DNA from: Candidatus Buchananbacteria bacterium | GTDB lineage: Bacteria > Patescibacteriota > Patescibacteriia > Buchananbacterales > UBA6539 | NCBI GenBank assembly: GCA_041664165.1 | Contig: JBAYLH010000001.1 | Location: 9,469 to 73,468 of the forward strand | Reading direction: 5' to 3' | Length of the DNA stretch: 64,000 nucleotides | Position numbers and translations under genes: made by a program | Notes under the pieces: model-generated | What the model saw: the letters and a program-made list of their open reading frames with translations, nothing else | Databases searched by the model: none | Told to the model about the DNA's origin: nothing | In this document: piece after piece, positions 55,893 through 64,000 of the stretch | Position numbering within the stretch: position 1 is the stretch's first letter | How the letters are laid out: each line of letters opens with the position of its first letter

Positions 55893-55899
55893 CATATTT

Positions 55900-56445
55900 T
55901 TATTCTTCTTTCTGGAAAGGAAAACCGACCAGTTTTAATAATTCTAAACCTTCCGGTCTGGTTTTGGCGGTTGTAACTACCGAAATCTGCAAGCCATGGA
56001 TTTTTTCGATTTCGTCAGATTTAATTTCCGGAAAAGAAATGTGTTCTTTAAAACCAATATTTAAATTACCTTTTTGATCAACAGTTTTGGTCGAAATTCC
56101 GCGAAAATCCCGAATCCGGGGAAAAGTAATATTGATTAATTTATCAATAAAATCTTCCATTTTCTTGCCGCGCAAGGTTACCATCACTCCCACCACCAAG
56201 CCTTCTCTGATTTTAAAATTAGAGATTGATTGTTTGGCTCTGGTTCTAATCGGCCGCTGACCGGTGATCCGCTGCAGCGTATCAGCGACAACGTCATTGA
56301 ACTTTGCATCCTTCAATCCCTGGCCGGTGCCGATATTTAAAACTACCTTTTCAATTTTAGGCATGGCTAAGGCATTTTTATAGCCAAACTGAGCTTGCAT
56401 GGCTGGCGCGACAACCTTTTTGTATTTTGCTTTATAGTTATCCAT
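55900..56445 (-). CDS. rplE: 50S ribosomal protein L5
   Basis: PKIEKVVLN, ITGQRP, VTLRG, PRIRDFRG. Confidence 0.97.
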   Translation of the reverse strand: MDNYKAKYKKVVAPAMQAQFGYKNALAMPKIEKVVLNIGTGQGLKDAKFNDVVADTLQRITGQRPIRTRAKQSISNFKIREGLVVGVMVTLRGKKMEDFIDKLINITFPRIRDFRGISTKTVDQKGNLNIGFKEHISFPEIKSDEIEKIHGLQISVVTTAKTRPEGLELLKLVGFPFQKEE

Positions 56446-56449
56446 AAAT

Positions 56450-56761
56450 TTAGGCGATTATTTCCTTACATTTTTTACAAATTCTCACCTTTTTTTTATT
56501 CTCCAAAATTTTATGGCCGACTCGGGAAACCTGGCTGCATTGCGGGCAGACTAAAGCAATATTACTGGCAGCGACCGGCGCGGGAAACTGAATCCGCTGG
56601 CCTTTTTCATTTTGTTTTTTCGGCCTCATGTTTTTAAATAATAAATTTATTCCTTCAATTGAAACTTTTTTGCGCTCGCTAAAAATCTGCAATACCTTGC
56701 CGGTTTTGCCTTTGTCTTTTCCCGCTAAAATTTTGACTTTGTCACCTTTCTTGATATTCAT
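56450..56761 (-). CDS. rplX: 50S ribosomal protein L24
   Basis: KKGDKVKILAGKDKGKTG. Confidence 0.96.
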   Translation of the reverse strand: MNIKKGDKVKILAGKDKGKTGKVLQIFSERKKVSIEGINLLFKNMRPKKQNEKGQRIQFPAPVAASNIALVCPQCSQVSRVGHKILENKKKVRICKKCKEIIA

Positions 56762-56766
56762 AATTT

Positions 56767-57138
56767 TTATAATACCTCCGGGGCTAAGGAAATTATTTTG
56801 GAAAAACCGCCGTTTCTTAATTCTCTGGCGACGGGTCCAAAAATCCGGGTGCCTTTCGGTTCTTTATTTTCTTTATCAACGATTACAGCGGCATTATCAT
56901 CAAATCTGACGTAAGAACCGTCAGGCCGCCTGATTTCCTTTTTAGTCCGAACAACCACCGCATGTAAAACATCGCTTTTTTTGACCATACTGTGGGGAAC
57001 CGCTTCTTTAACAACTACCGTAATAATATCGCCAACCCGGGCATAGCGCTTCTGAAATCCACCCAAGACTCTAATGCACTGAAGCTTTTTCGCACCAGTA
57101 TTATCGGCCACTTTTAACATTGTTCGCAATTGAATCAT
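56767..57138 (-). CDS. rplN: 50S ribosomal protein L14
   Basis: [28 protein letters not shown]. Confidence 0.97.
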   Translation of the reverse strand: MIQLRTMLKVADNTGAKKLQCIRVLGGFQKRYARVGDIITVVVKEAVPHSMVKKSDVLHAVVVRTKKEIRRPDGSYVRFDDNAAVIVDKENKEPKGTRIFGPVARELRNGGFSKIISLAPEVL

Positions 57139-57149
57139 ATAAAAACAAA

Positions 57150-57416
57150 TTAAGAACTTTTTTTAGCTTTAGGCATGACCCGCCATCTCTTATCTTTGCT
57201 AATCGGCCGGCATTCAGTAAACGCTACCTTTTCGCCTTTTTTATATTCATTACTGGGGTCATGAACCTTATATTTTTTACTGGTGATATAACGCTTAAAA
57301 TATTTAGGATGAAGCTTGGTGCTGCTGGTTTTGACAATAATGGTCTTTTCCAGCTTATCCGAGACAACAATCCCTTCAAATTTTTTCTTGATAATCTTTT
57401 TTTCAACTTTAGTCAT
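57150..57416 (-). CDS. rpsQ: 30S ribosomal protein S17
   Basis: [26 protein letters not shown]. Confidence 0.96.
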   Translation of the reverse strand: MTKVEKKIIKKKFEGIVVSDKLEKTIIVKTSSTKLHPKYFKRYITSKKYKVHDPSNEYKKGEKVAFTECRPISKDKRWRVMPKAKKSS

Positions 57417-57423
57417 ATTCTAA

Positions 57424-57627
57424 TTATTTAGTCTTAGTAAGACTTTTATTACCTTTTAAAGCAAACAATAACTGAGCAATTGTTTTTCTTAAAGATCTGA
57501 TCTCGCGGACATTCTTTAATTGATTTGAAGCAACTTTGAACTTTAGCTCCCTTAATTTTTCCCGGGAATCAGTCAAAAGTTTTTGGAGCTCGGTTTCCGG
57601 TTTGCTTTTTAATTCTTTGTATTTCAT
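57424..57627 (-). CDS. rpmC: 50S ribosomal protein L29
   Basis: Operon position and LRELKF...IRSLRKTIAQL. Confidence 0.93.
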   Translation of the reverse strand: MKYKELKSKPETELQKLLTDSREKLRELKFKVASNQLKNVREIRSLRKTIAQLLFALKGNKSLTKTK

Positions 57628-57630
57628 AAA

Positions 57631-58035
57631 TTAGTCTTCAATAAAAATAGTTTTAACCGGTAATTTATGGGAAGCCAATCTCATGGCTTCTTTCGCCTTG
57701 TCTTGGGGTACGCCGTCAATTTCAAATAAAATCATCCCTGGCTTAATCACGGCCACATAATGGTCAACCGGGCCTTTGCCGGAACCCATTGTTGATTGCT
57801 CTCCTTTTTGGGTTACTGGCTTGTCGGGAAAAACCCGAATCCAAATTTTTCCGCCCCGTTTAACAAAGCGAGTCATGGCGCGCCGGGCGGCTTCAATCTG
57901 TCTCGCCGTTAACCAGCAGCTGCCCAGAGCTTTCAAAGCATACTGGCCGAAATTAATTTCTGTTCCGGCCGAAGCTTTGCCTTTTAAAACTCCCTTATGC
58001 CATTTTCGATGTTTTACTTTTCTTGGCGACAACAT
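57631..58035 (-). CDS. rplP: 50S ribosomal protein L16
   Basis: [25 protein letters not shown]. Confidence 0.97.
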   Translation of the reverse strand: MLSPRKVKHRKWHKGVLKGKASAGTEINFGQYALKALGSCWLTARQIEAARRAMTRFVKRGGKIWIRVFPDKPVTQKGEQSTMGSGKGPVDHYVAVIKPGMILFEIDGVPQDKAKEAMRLASHKLPVKTIFIED

Positions 58036-58038
58036 ATC

Positions 58039-58710
58039 TTATTTTTTAGTTTGATTATTATTTTCTTTATCGTTGTTATTGAAAATTTCACCCTTATAAA
58101 TCCAGACTTTAACCCCAATCGCGCCGTAAGTCGTCCGAGCCACGCCGCGGGCATAGTCAATATCCGCTCTCAAAGTATGTAACGGCAGATTGCCATGAAT
58201 TAAAGTTTCGGTTCGGGCAATTTCCGCGCCATTTAACCGGCCGGAAACAATAATCTTAACGCCTTTGGCATCGGTTCTTTGCACTTTCATTATGGCTTGC
58301 TTCATCGCTCGCCGGAAAGGAATCCGTTTTTCCAAATCAGCAATAATCGCTTGGCAGATCAATTCAGACGAAGTATTGGGATTAGTCACTTCTTTAATAT
58401 TGATATTCAAGCTGCTTTTGTAGTCCAAAAAATTCTTTTTAACTTTCTTTTTCAATTCTTCAACTCCCTGACCGCCGCGGCCGATAATAATTCCGGGTTT
58501 GGCAGAATGGATAATTACAGTGGTAACCGTGGCTGATCGTTCAATATCAATTTGAGCGATTGAAGCATCCTTAAGTTCTTTTTTTAAAAACTTCTTAATT
58601 AAAATATCCTGCTGCAAAAACTTAATATAATCCCGGCGGGAAAACCATTTTGAATTCCAGCCATATAAATAGCCGATGCGAAATATTTTTGGATGTACTT
58701 TGTGTCCCAT
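58039..58710 (-). CDS. rpsC: 30S ribosomal protein S3
   Basis: MGHKVHP, KPGIIIGRGG, SGRLNGAEIARTE, PLHTLRADIDY. Confidence 0.97.
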   Translation of the reverse strand: MGHKVHPKIFRIGYLYGWNSKWFSRRDYIKFLQQDILIKKFLKKELKDASIAQIDIERSATVTTVIIHSAKPGIIIGRGGQGVEELKKKVKKNFLDYKSSLNINIKEVTNPNTSSELICQAIIADLEKRIPFRRAMKQAIMKVQRTDAKGVKIIVSGRLNGAEIARTETLIHGNLPLHTLRADIDYARGVARTTYGAIGVKVWIYKGEIFNNNDKENNNQTKK

Positions 58711-58754
58711 ATTTTAGTTAGTGAGTTGGCAAATTGCTAATATTATCTTAAGAA

Positions 58755-59363
58755 TTATCCGGTCTTTCTCTGAAACATTCCTTTCATAAAGCCTTTTTGA
58801 TCTTTATTCTGGCCATCTGGACCTTTCCGGGAATTGTTTTTGAGCGCTTCTTTTTTGACCTCGTTAGGTTTAACAACTTTAACTTCTTCCTCTTTAGACT
58901 CTGATTTTGTAATCTTACCTTTTTTAGCACCCGGTCTAACTCCTAAAATCAATTCCAGATGCGCGGTCTGTTTTCTGATGGCTCCGGCACGGCCATGAGC
59001 TCTTGGCCGCCAGCGTTTCAATACCGGGCCAGTATTAGCTACAAAACTTTTAACATATAAATCTTTTTTGTCTAAAGTAAAATTATTTTCCGCATTGGCA
59101 ATCGCTGATTTAATCAGCTTGGTAATCGGCAAAACGGATCCTTTGTTGACAAATCTCAAATAATCCAAAGCTTTCTCCGCTTCCAAACCTTTTACGCGTT
59201 CAATTACTAAACGGGTCTTTTTGGCTGACAGCCGTAAATAGTTAGCCGAAGCCTTGATTTCCGTCACCTCTTTAGTCTTTTCTTTATCTGACTTAGGCTG
59301 AACCTTGACCGGCTGGCTTGGTTTGGCTGTTTTATCTTCAATTTTTTTAGTAACTTTTTCCAT
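58755..59363 (-). CDS. rplV: 50S ribosomal protein L22 with N- and C-terminal extensions
   Basis: KLIKSAIANAENN, GPVLKRWRPRAHGRA. Confidence 0.95.
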   Translation of the reverse strand: MEKVTKKIEDKTAKPSQPVKVQPKSDKEKTKEVTEIKASANYLRLSAKKTRLVIERVKGLEAEKALDYLRFVNKGSVLPITKLIKSAIANAENNFTLDKKDLYVKSFVANTGPVLKRWRPRAHGRAGAIRKQTAHLELILGVRPGAKKGKITKSESKEEEVKVVKPNEVKKEALKNNSRKGPDGQNKDQKGFMKGMFQRKTG

Positions 59364-59371
59364 AGCTTAAA

Positions 59372-59710
59372 TTATTTTTTTTCCGCCGCCGCCTGAGCCT
59401 TAACTCTTGACTCGGCTTCTTTAACGGCAGCGGCCTTGGCCTCTTCTTTTGCCATTTTCCCGCCATGAGTAACAAATTTTCTCGTTGGCGAAAATTCGCC
59501 TAGCTTATGGCCAATCATATTTTCAACAATCAAAACCGGAGTATGAACCCGGCCGTTATGAACGCCGATGGTAAAACCGATCATTTCCGGGGTAATTGAA
59601 CAGGCTCGATCCCAAGTCTTAACCACGGTTTTATCGCCCGGCTTAAGGTTGTGCAACTTTTTCAGCAGCCTTTCGTTGATGTATGGACCTTTTTTTAAAC
59701 TTCTGGACAT
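59372..59710 (-). CDS. rpsS: 30S ribosomal protein S19
   Basis: RSLKKGP, VHNGR, GHKLGEFSPTR. Confidence 0.97.
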   Translation of the reverse strand: MSRSLKKGPYINERLLKKLHNLKPGDKTVVKTWDRACSITPEMIGFTIGVHNGRVHTPVLIVENMIGHKLGEFSPTRKFVTHGGKMAKEEAKAAAVKEAESRVKAQAAAEKK

Positions 59711-59725
59711 AAAATTAAATTAAAA

Positions 59726-60571
59726 TTATTTCTTCCGCTTATTTTTGCGGCGAGTAACAATAAACTTGTTGGAATACTTTTTATGCTTGCGGGTAATTAC
59801 GCCTAAAGCTTTTTTACCCCAAGGAGTTTTTGGCGCTTTCATCCCGATCGGATTATGGCCTTCACCGCCGCCATGCGGGTGATCAACCGGATTCATCACT
59901 TTACCGCGAACCGACGGCCGCCAGCCCAAATGGCGATTCCGGCCGGCTTTACCGATCCGAATATGCATCGCATCTGGGTTAGAGACCTGGCCAATCGTTG
60001 CCATGGCTTTGCGGTTAATCAGCCTGACTTCCGTTGAAGGCATTTTAATCGTAGCGTATTCGCCTTCCACGGCCATTAATTTGGCAGCTGACCCGGCGGT
60101 GCGAACGAGCTTGCCGCCGCCGTTAGGCGTAATTTCAATATCATAAATCATTGAACCCAAAGGAATATGCTCAAGCGGCATCCGGTTGCCGGTTCTGATT
60201 TCCGTCCGCTTGGTTGAAGACATTAATTCATCGCCGGTCTTAACGTCAATCGGCGCAATAATATAACTTTTAGTCCCGTCGGCATATTGCAATAAAGCTA
60301 ACCGAGCCCGGCGGTTTGGGTCATATTCAATCGCCATGACTTTGGCCGGCATATCAAACTTATTCCGCTTGTAATCAATTAAGCGATAGTATTGCTTGGC
60401 GCCGCCGCCCCGATGTCGAACGGTAATTTTACCGGACGCGTTGCGACCGCCGGTTTTTTTCTTGATGCGAATCAGGCTCTTTTCCGGTACCATTTTGGTA
60501 ACATCGCTAAAAGTATCAACGGATGTCTGGCGTCGGCCTGGGGTGGTTGGTTTGTAAATTCTGATCGGCAT
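59726..60571 (-). CDS. rplB: 50S ribosomal protein L2
   Basis: [28 protein letters not shown]. Confidence 0.97.
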   Translation of the reverse strand: MPIRIYKPTTPGRRQTSVDTFSDVTKMVPEKSLIRIKKKTGGRNASGKITVRHRGGGAKQYYRLIDYKRNKFDMPAKVMAIEYDPNRRARLALLQYADGTKSYIIAPIDVKTGDELMSSTKRTEIRTGNRMPLEHIPLGSMIYDIEITPNGGGKLVRTAGSAAKLMAVEGEYATIKMPSTEVRLINRKAMATIGQVSNPDAMHIRIGKAGRNRHLGWRPSVRGKVMNPVDHPHGGGEGHNPIGMKAPKTPWGKKALGVITRKHKKYSNKFIVTRRKNKRKK

Positions 60572-60577
60572 AATTTA

Positions 60578-61045
60578 TTAAACTCCTTCGTAAACTTCAA
60601 TTTTATCGCCTGGTTTTAAGGTCACAATCGCTTTTTTCCAGCCTTTTTTCGCACCGGTCATTTTGCCGTAGCGGATGCTTTTGCCGGAAAAATTGCAGAT
60701 GTTGACAAATATCGGATTAACTTTATAAACGGTTCGAATCGCCTTTTTTATTTCCACTTTATTCATTTTCGAATTAACCACAAAAACATACTTATTCAAT
60801 GCCGCCAAATGGCTGGCTTTTTCGGTTACTAACGGCTTAACTAAAATCAAATGGGCTAATTTAGTTTTGCCAGCGAGCTTGGTTTCTTTGGCGCCAGCTG
60901 CCACAACCGCCTTTTCTTCCTTTTTTTCCGCCGTCTGTTTTTCTTTCGGCTCTTCCTTTTTAACTGGTTTATCCGAAACCGGCTTGGCTTTCATTTCATC
61001 TTGCCCAGCTTGCGGTTTGGATTTAAATGTATTAAAAATTCCCAT
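60578..61045 (-). CDS. rplW: 50S ribosomal protein L23 with an N-terminal extension
   Basis: PLVTEKA, NKVEIKKAI, WKKAIVTL. Confidence 0.95.
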   Translation of the reverse strand: MGIFNTFKSKPQAGQDEMKAKPVSDKPVKKEEPKEKQTAEKKEEKAVVAAGAKETKLAGKTKLAHLILVKPLVTEKASHLAALNKYVFVVNSKMNKVEIKKAIRTVYKVNPIFVNICNFSGKSIRYGKMTGAKKGWKKAIVTLKPGDKIEVYEGV

Positions 61046-61051
61046 ATAAAA

Positions 61052-61756
61052 TTACTTAATAAAAGTTTTTTCAATTTCCGCGATTGAATCAACCGACATC
61101 AGGATATACTGGTATTTGACAATGTCTAAAACATTTAAACTATCGGCTAAAATCAAATTAAGCTTGCTGATATTTTTAGCGGCTCGCCAAATGTTTTGGT
61201 CTTTTTTCGGCATTACCACCAAGATACTTTTTTCCGACTCTTTCTTTTTCTTATCCTTGGCATCAATTTTTATTTTATCGTCTTTTTTATTCAATTTCTT
61301 TTTTGACCGCAAATTCAAATTCCTTAAAATCTCAAAAAACTTTTTGGTCTTAACCGCTGTCAATTCAATTTTATCAACTAAAATTATTCTATCATTAGCG
61401 GCTTTGTCCGAAAGACCCATTAAAATCGCCTTCCGGTTGGCTTTTTTGTTCATTTTAATCGAAAAATTTCTTTCTTTGGTCGGCCCAAAAGTGATGCCGC
61501 CGCCGCGCCATAAAGGTGAACGGATTGAACCGTGTCTCGCCCGGCCGGTGCCTTTTTGTTTCCAAGGTTTTTTACCGCCGCCGCGGACTTCGCTTTTGTC
61601 TTTGGTATGGGCTAAAACCTGGCGGCTGTTGGCCTGCAAGGTAATGATTGCTTGAGTAACTAATTCCGGCTTGACTTTAACTTCAAAGATGGCTGGGTTT
61701 AATTCCAGTTCTTTGACGACTTCGCCGGAGGTATTGTAAACATTAGCCTTGATCAT
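61052..61756 (-). CDS. rplD: 50S ribosomal protein L4
   Basis: EVRGGGKKPWKQKGTGRARHGSIRSP. Confidence 0.97.
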   Translation of the reverse strand: MIKANVYNTSGEVVKELELNPAIFEVKVKPELVTQAIITLQANSRQVLAHTKDKSEVRGGGKKPWKQKGTGRARHGSIRSPLWRGGGITFGPTKERNFSIKMNKKANRKAILMGLSDKAANDRIILVDKIELTAVKTKKFFEILRNLNLRSKKKLNKKDDKIKIDAKDKKKKESEKSILVVMPKKDQNIWRAAKNISKLNLILADSLNVLDIVKYQYILMSVDSIAEIEKTFIK

Positions 61757-61760
61757 AAAA

Positions 61761-62507
61761 TTACGGTTTTACCGTTTCTTTCTCGGGGGCTGGAATTTCC
61801 GCCGCGACTTCGGTTTTGGCTGTTGCCGCTTCGACGGTCTCAGCGGTCTCAGCCGATTTTTGCTCTTTAATTTCTTCGACTTCAATGATTAAATCGCCAA
61901 CACCGGCAAGCAAAAGCAAATTGCTTTTAGCTCCGGGCAAAGCGCCTTTGATAAAAATTTCGTTATTTTGCGGGTTAACTTCCACTATTTTTAAATTTGT
62001 GACCGTAACAATTTCCCCGCCCATTCTGCCGCCCATTCTGGTGCCTTTAAAAACATGCTGCGGACCGCCGGCGCCGATTGAACCGGGCATGCGCAACTGA
62101 TCTTTGTGGCCATGAGTGGCAGGACTGCCGTGAAAACCATGCCGTTTTACTACCCCTTGGAAACCTTTTCCTTTTGACACACCCGTCGCTTTAATCACGT
62201 CGCCGATTGAAAAAACCTTAGCGGTAATTTTGGTGCCGACTGGCAATTTATTAGCTTCAGCTTCGGTGATCCGGAATTCTTTAAGATAAGCGAAATTACC
62301 AAGGTCTTTCAAATGCTTTTTGACTGGCTTGCTTAAATTCTTTTTTGAGCCAAAACCCAACTGAACGGAAGTGTAGCCGTCGGTTTTATCGGTTTTTACC
62401 TGAGTCACGACACAAGGACCAGCCACTACCCGGGTAACCGGAATAACGGATCCGTCTTCCGCGAATTTCTGGGTCATTTCTTGTTTTTGGGCCAAAATGA
62501 ATTTCAT
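61761..62507 (-). CDS. rplC: 50S ribosomal protein L3
   Basis: SKGKGFQGVVKRHGF, RMPGSIG, KGALPG. Confidence 0.97.
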   Translation of the reverse strand: MKFILAQKQEMTQKFAEDGSVIPVTRVVAGPCVVTQVKTDKTDGYTSVQLGFGSKKNLSKPVKKHLKDLGNFAYLKEFRITEAEANKLPVGTKITAKVFSIGDVIKATGVSKGKGFQGVVKRHGFHGSPATHGHKDQLRMPGSIGAGGPQHVFKGTRMGGRMGGEIVTVTNLKIVEVNPQNNEIFIKGALPGAKSNLLLLAGVGDLIIEVEEIKEQKSAETAETVEAATAKTEVAAEIPAPEKETVKP

Positions 62508-62777
62508 AAGGATATAATACTAATCTACCCGCTTCGCTCTCTCGCTCCAGCGAGGCGAGCGAATGAATACTAATTTACAAATACTCGTATCGGGTTAAAA
62601 TAAAAATCTGCCTCAAAAAGCCAGATATAAATAATCCTGCTGGCAAGTTGTAAGCCTAATTTTATAAGTTTTTAATCTCCTTGAAATAATCGTTTGAATT
62701 TATAGAGGTTTTTTCTAAATTTAGAAAGCTTTCTCTATATTCTCAAAGATTACGCAATATATCAAACTGATATACAC

Positions 62778-63146
62778 TTAAACCATTTTTATCTCAACGT
62801 CAACTCCGGCGGGTAAATTCAAACTGGTCAGCGAATCAACCGTTTTTGGGGTAGGATCTAAAATATCTAGCAATCGTTTATGAATCCGCATTTCGTACTG
62901 TTCCCGCGCGTCTTTATGGACAAACGATGACTTCAAAACGGTATATTTCTTCTTTTCCGTCGGCAAAGGTATGGGGCCCAAAATCCTTGCTCCCGTTCGC
63001 TCAACCGTATCCATGATCGTCTTCGTCGATTGGTCGATAATCTTATGATCATAAGCCCGAATTTTAATCCTAATTTTTTGCTTACTTTCCTCGATTTCAT
63101 CCTCGGGCTTATGAGAAGAAACCGGTACTCTTTTAATGGCAACCAT
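62778..63146 (-). CDS. rpsJ: 30S ribosomal protein S10
   Basis: [29 protein letters not shown]. Confidence 0.96.
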   Translation of the reverse strand: MVAIKRVPVSSHKPEDEIEESKQKIRIKIRAYDHKIIDQSTKTIMDTVERTGARILGPIPLPTEKKKYTVLKSSFVHKDAREQYEMRIHKRLLDILDPTPKTVDSLTSLNLPAGVDVEIKMV

Positions 63147-63163
63147 GTTAGTCTAAAGAACTT

Positions 63164-63198
63164 ATCCCCCCCACTTTTTTAAAAAAAGTGGGGGGATT
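63164..63198. repeat. Hairpin between tuf and rpsJ
   Basis: atc-C-run-acttttt / aaaaagt-G-run-at; the same cccact/agtg core occurs in the 55775 element. Confidence 0.65.
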
Positions 63199-63209
63199 GA
63201 TTATCTTTA

Positions 63210-64000
63210 TTATTTTAATATCTTAGAAATCGTTCCAGCTCCAATCGTTCGACCACCTTCACGTAAAGAGAATCTTTGCTTTTCTTCCAAAGCCACCGGT
63301 TTGATCAAAACAATCTTCAATTCAACCGTATCTCCCGGCATCACCATTTCGGCGCCTTCCGGCAAAATCACTTCACCGGTAACATCGGCCGTGCCAATGT
63401 AGAATTGCGGCTTATAGCCTTTAAGAAATGGGCTATGGCGGCCGCCTTCTTCTTTGGTTAAAATATATGTCTTACCTTCGTATTCAGTATGTGGAGTAAC
63501 GCTACCAGGTTTAGCTAAAACCTGACCGCGTTCAACATCTTCTTTTTTAACACCGCGCAGTAAGATACCGGCATTATCACCGGCTCGGCCTTCGTCAAGT
63601 GACTTATTAAACATTTCAATTCCCGTGACAACCGTGGTTTGGGTCGGGTTTAAACCGACAATTTCAACGTTATCGTTTAATTTGACAATCCCTCTTTCAA
63701 TTCTGCCGGTAACAACCGTGCCTCGGCCTTCAATGGAAAAGATATCTTCAATCGGCAATAAAAATGGCTTTTCAATATCGCGGATTGGTTCCGGAATATA
63801 TTCATCAACCGCTTTCATTAATTCTTCCAAACATTTGGTGGCTTCCGGATCGCTCGGGTTTTCCAAAGCCTTGACAGCTGAACCACGAATAACTGGGATT
63901 TTATCGCCGGGGAATTCATATTTTTTAAGCAAGTCGCGGACTTCTTCTTCGACTAAGTCGATTAGTTCCGGGTCTTTGACCTGATCAATTTTGTTCAAAA
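63210..64000 (-). CDS. tuf: Elongation factor Tu (3' part; the 5' part lies outside the window)
   Basis: [50 protein letters not shown]. Confidence 0.97.
   Translation of the reverse strand, partial: LNKIDQVKDPELIDLVEEEVRDLLKKYEFPGDKIPVIRGSAVKALENPSDPEATKCLEELMKAVDEYIPEPIRDIEKPFLLPIEDIFSIEGRGTVVTGRIERGIVKLNDNVEIVGLNPTQTTVVTGIEMFNKSLDEGRAGDNAGILLRGVKKEDVERGQVLAKPGSVTPHTEYEGKTYILTKEEGGRHSPFLKGYKPQFYIGTADVTGEVILPEGAEMVMPGDTVELKIVLIKPVALEEKQRFSLREGGRTIGAGTISKILK

Noticed and set aside
1-64000. Alternative genetic code (UGA as Gly or Trp)
   Set aside because: Conserved genes translate full length in code 11, TGA serves as stop for several genes, and tRNA-Trp has anticodon CCA.

Overview
A 64-kb chromosomal segment, most likely from a Patescibacteria (CPR, Parcubacteria-like) bacterium. 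This placement is inferred from the missing rpmD in the spc operon, ribosomal proteins with charged extensions, AT-rich leaders on core genes, and a CPR-type surface protein. Nearly all genes lie on the minus strand. Core content: the 3' part of tuf and the S10-spc operon through secY-adk-map, plus yqgF, recO, aspS, scpA, scpB, tpiA, rarA, uppS, pilT and a pilin, 2-oxoacid:ferredoxin oxidoreductase, HU, rpmG, five intact tRNAs, and an ECF sigma/anti-sigma pair ahead of a large surface-protein gene. Five things stand out. (1) Two nested tRNA loci (Pro-CGG and Thr-TGT), where an intact tRNA gene flanked by short inverted repeats sits inside a broken, different allele of the same isoacceptor. (2) Two units of [hairpin-interrupted tRNA copy]-[small GIY-YIG gene]-[intact tRNA], at Trp and Tyr. 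(3) An operon between scpA and scpB encoding a LOG/SLOG protein, two PncB (NAPRTase)-fold paralogs that keep the phospho-His but have lost the substrate-binding motifs, and a PEP-utiliser swivel-domain protein with no ATP-grasp domain. (4) A four-helix-bundle gene enclosed by inverted heptamer arrays, with many similar gene-less arrays and MITE-like hairpins next to start codons. (5) A GC-richer pyrK-pyrD-pyrBI(fused) island. All product calls come from motif recognition by eye; no database searches were run.
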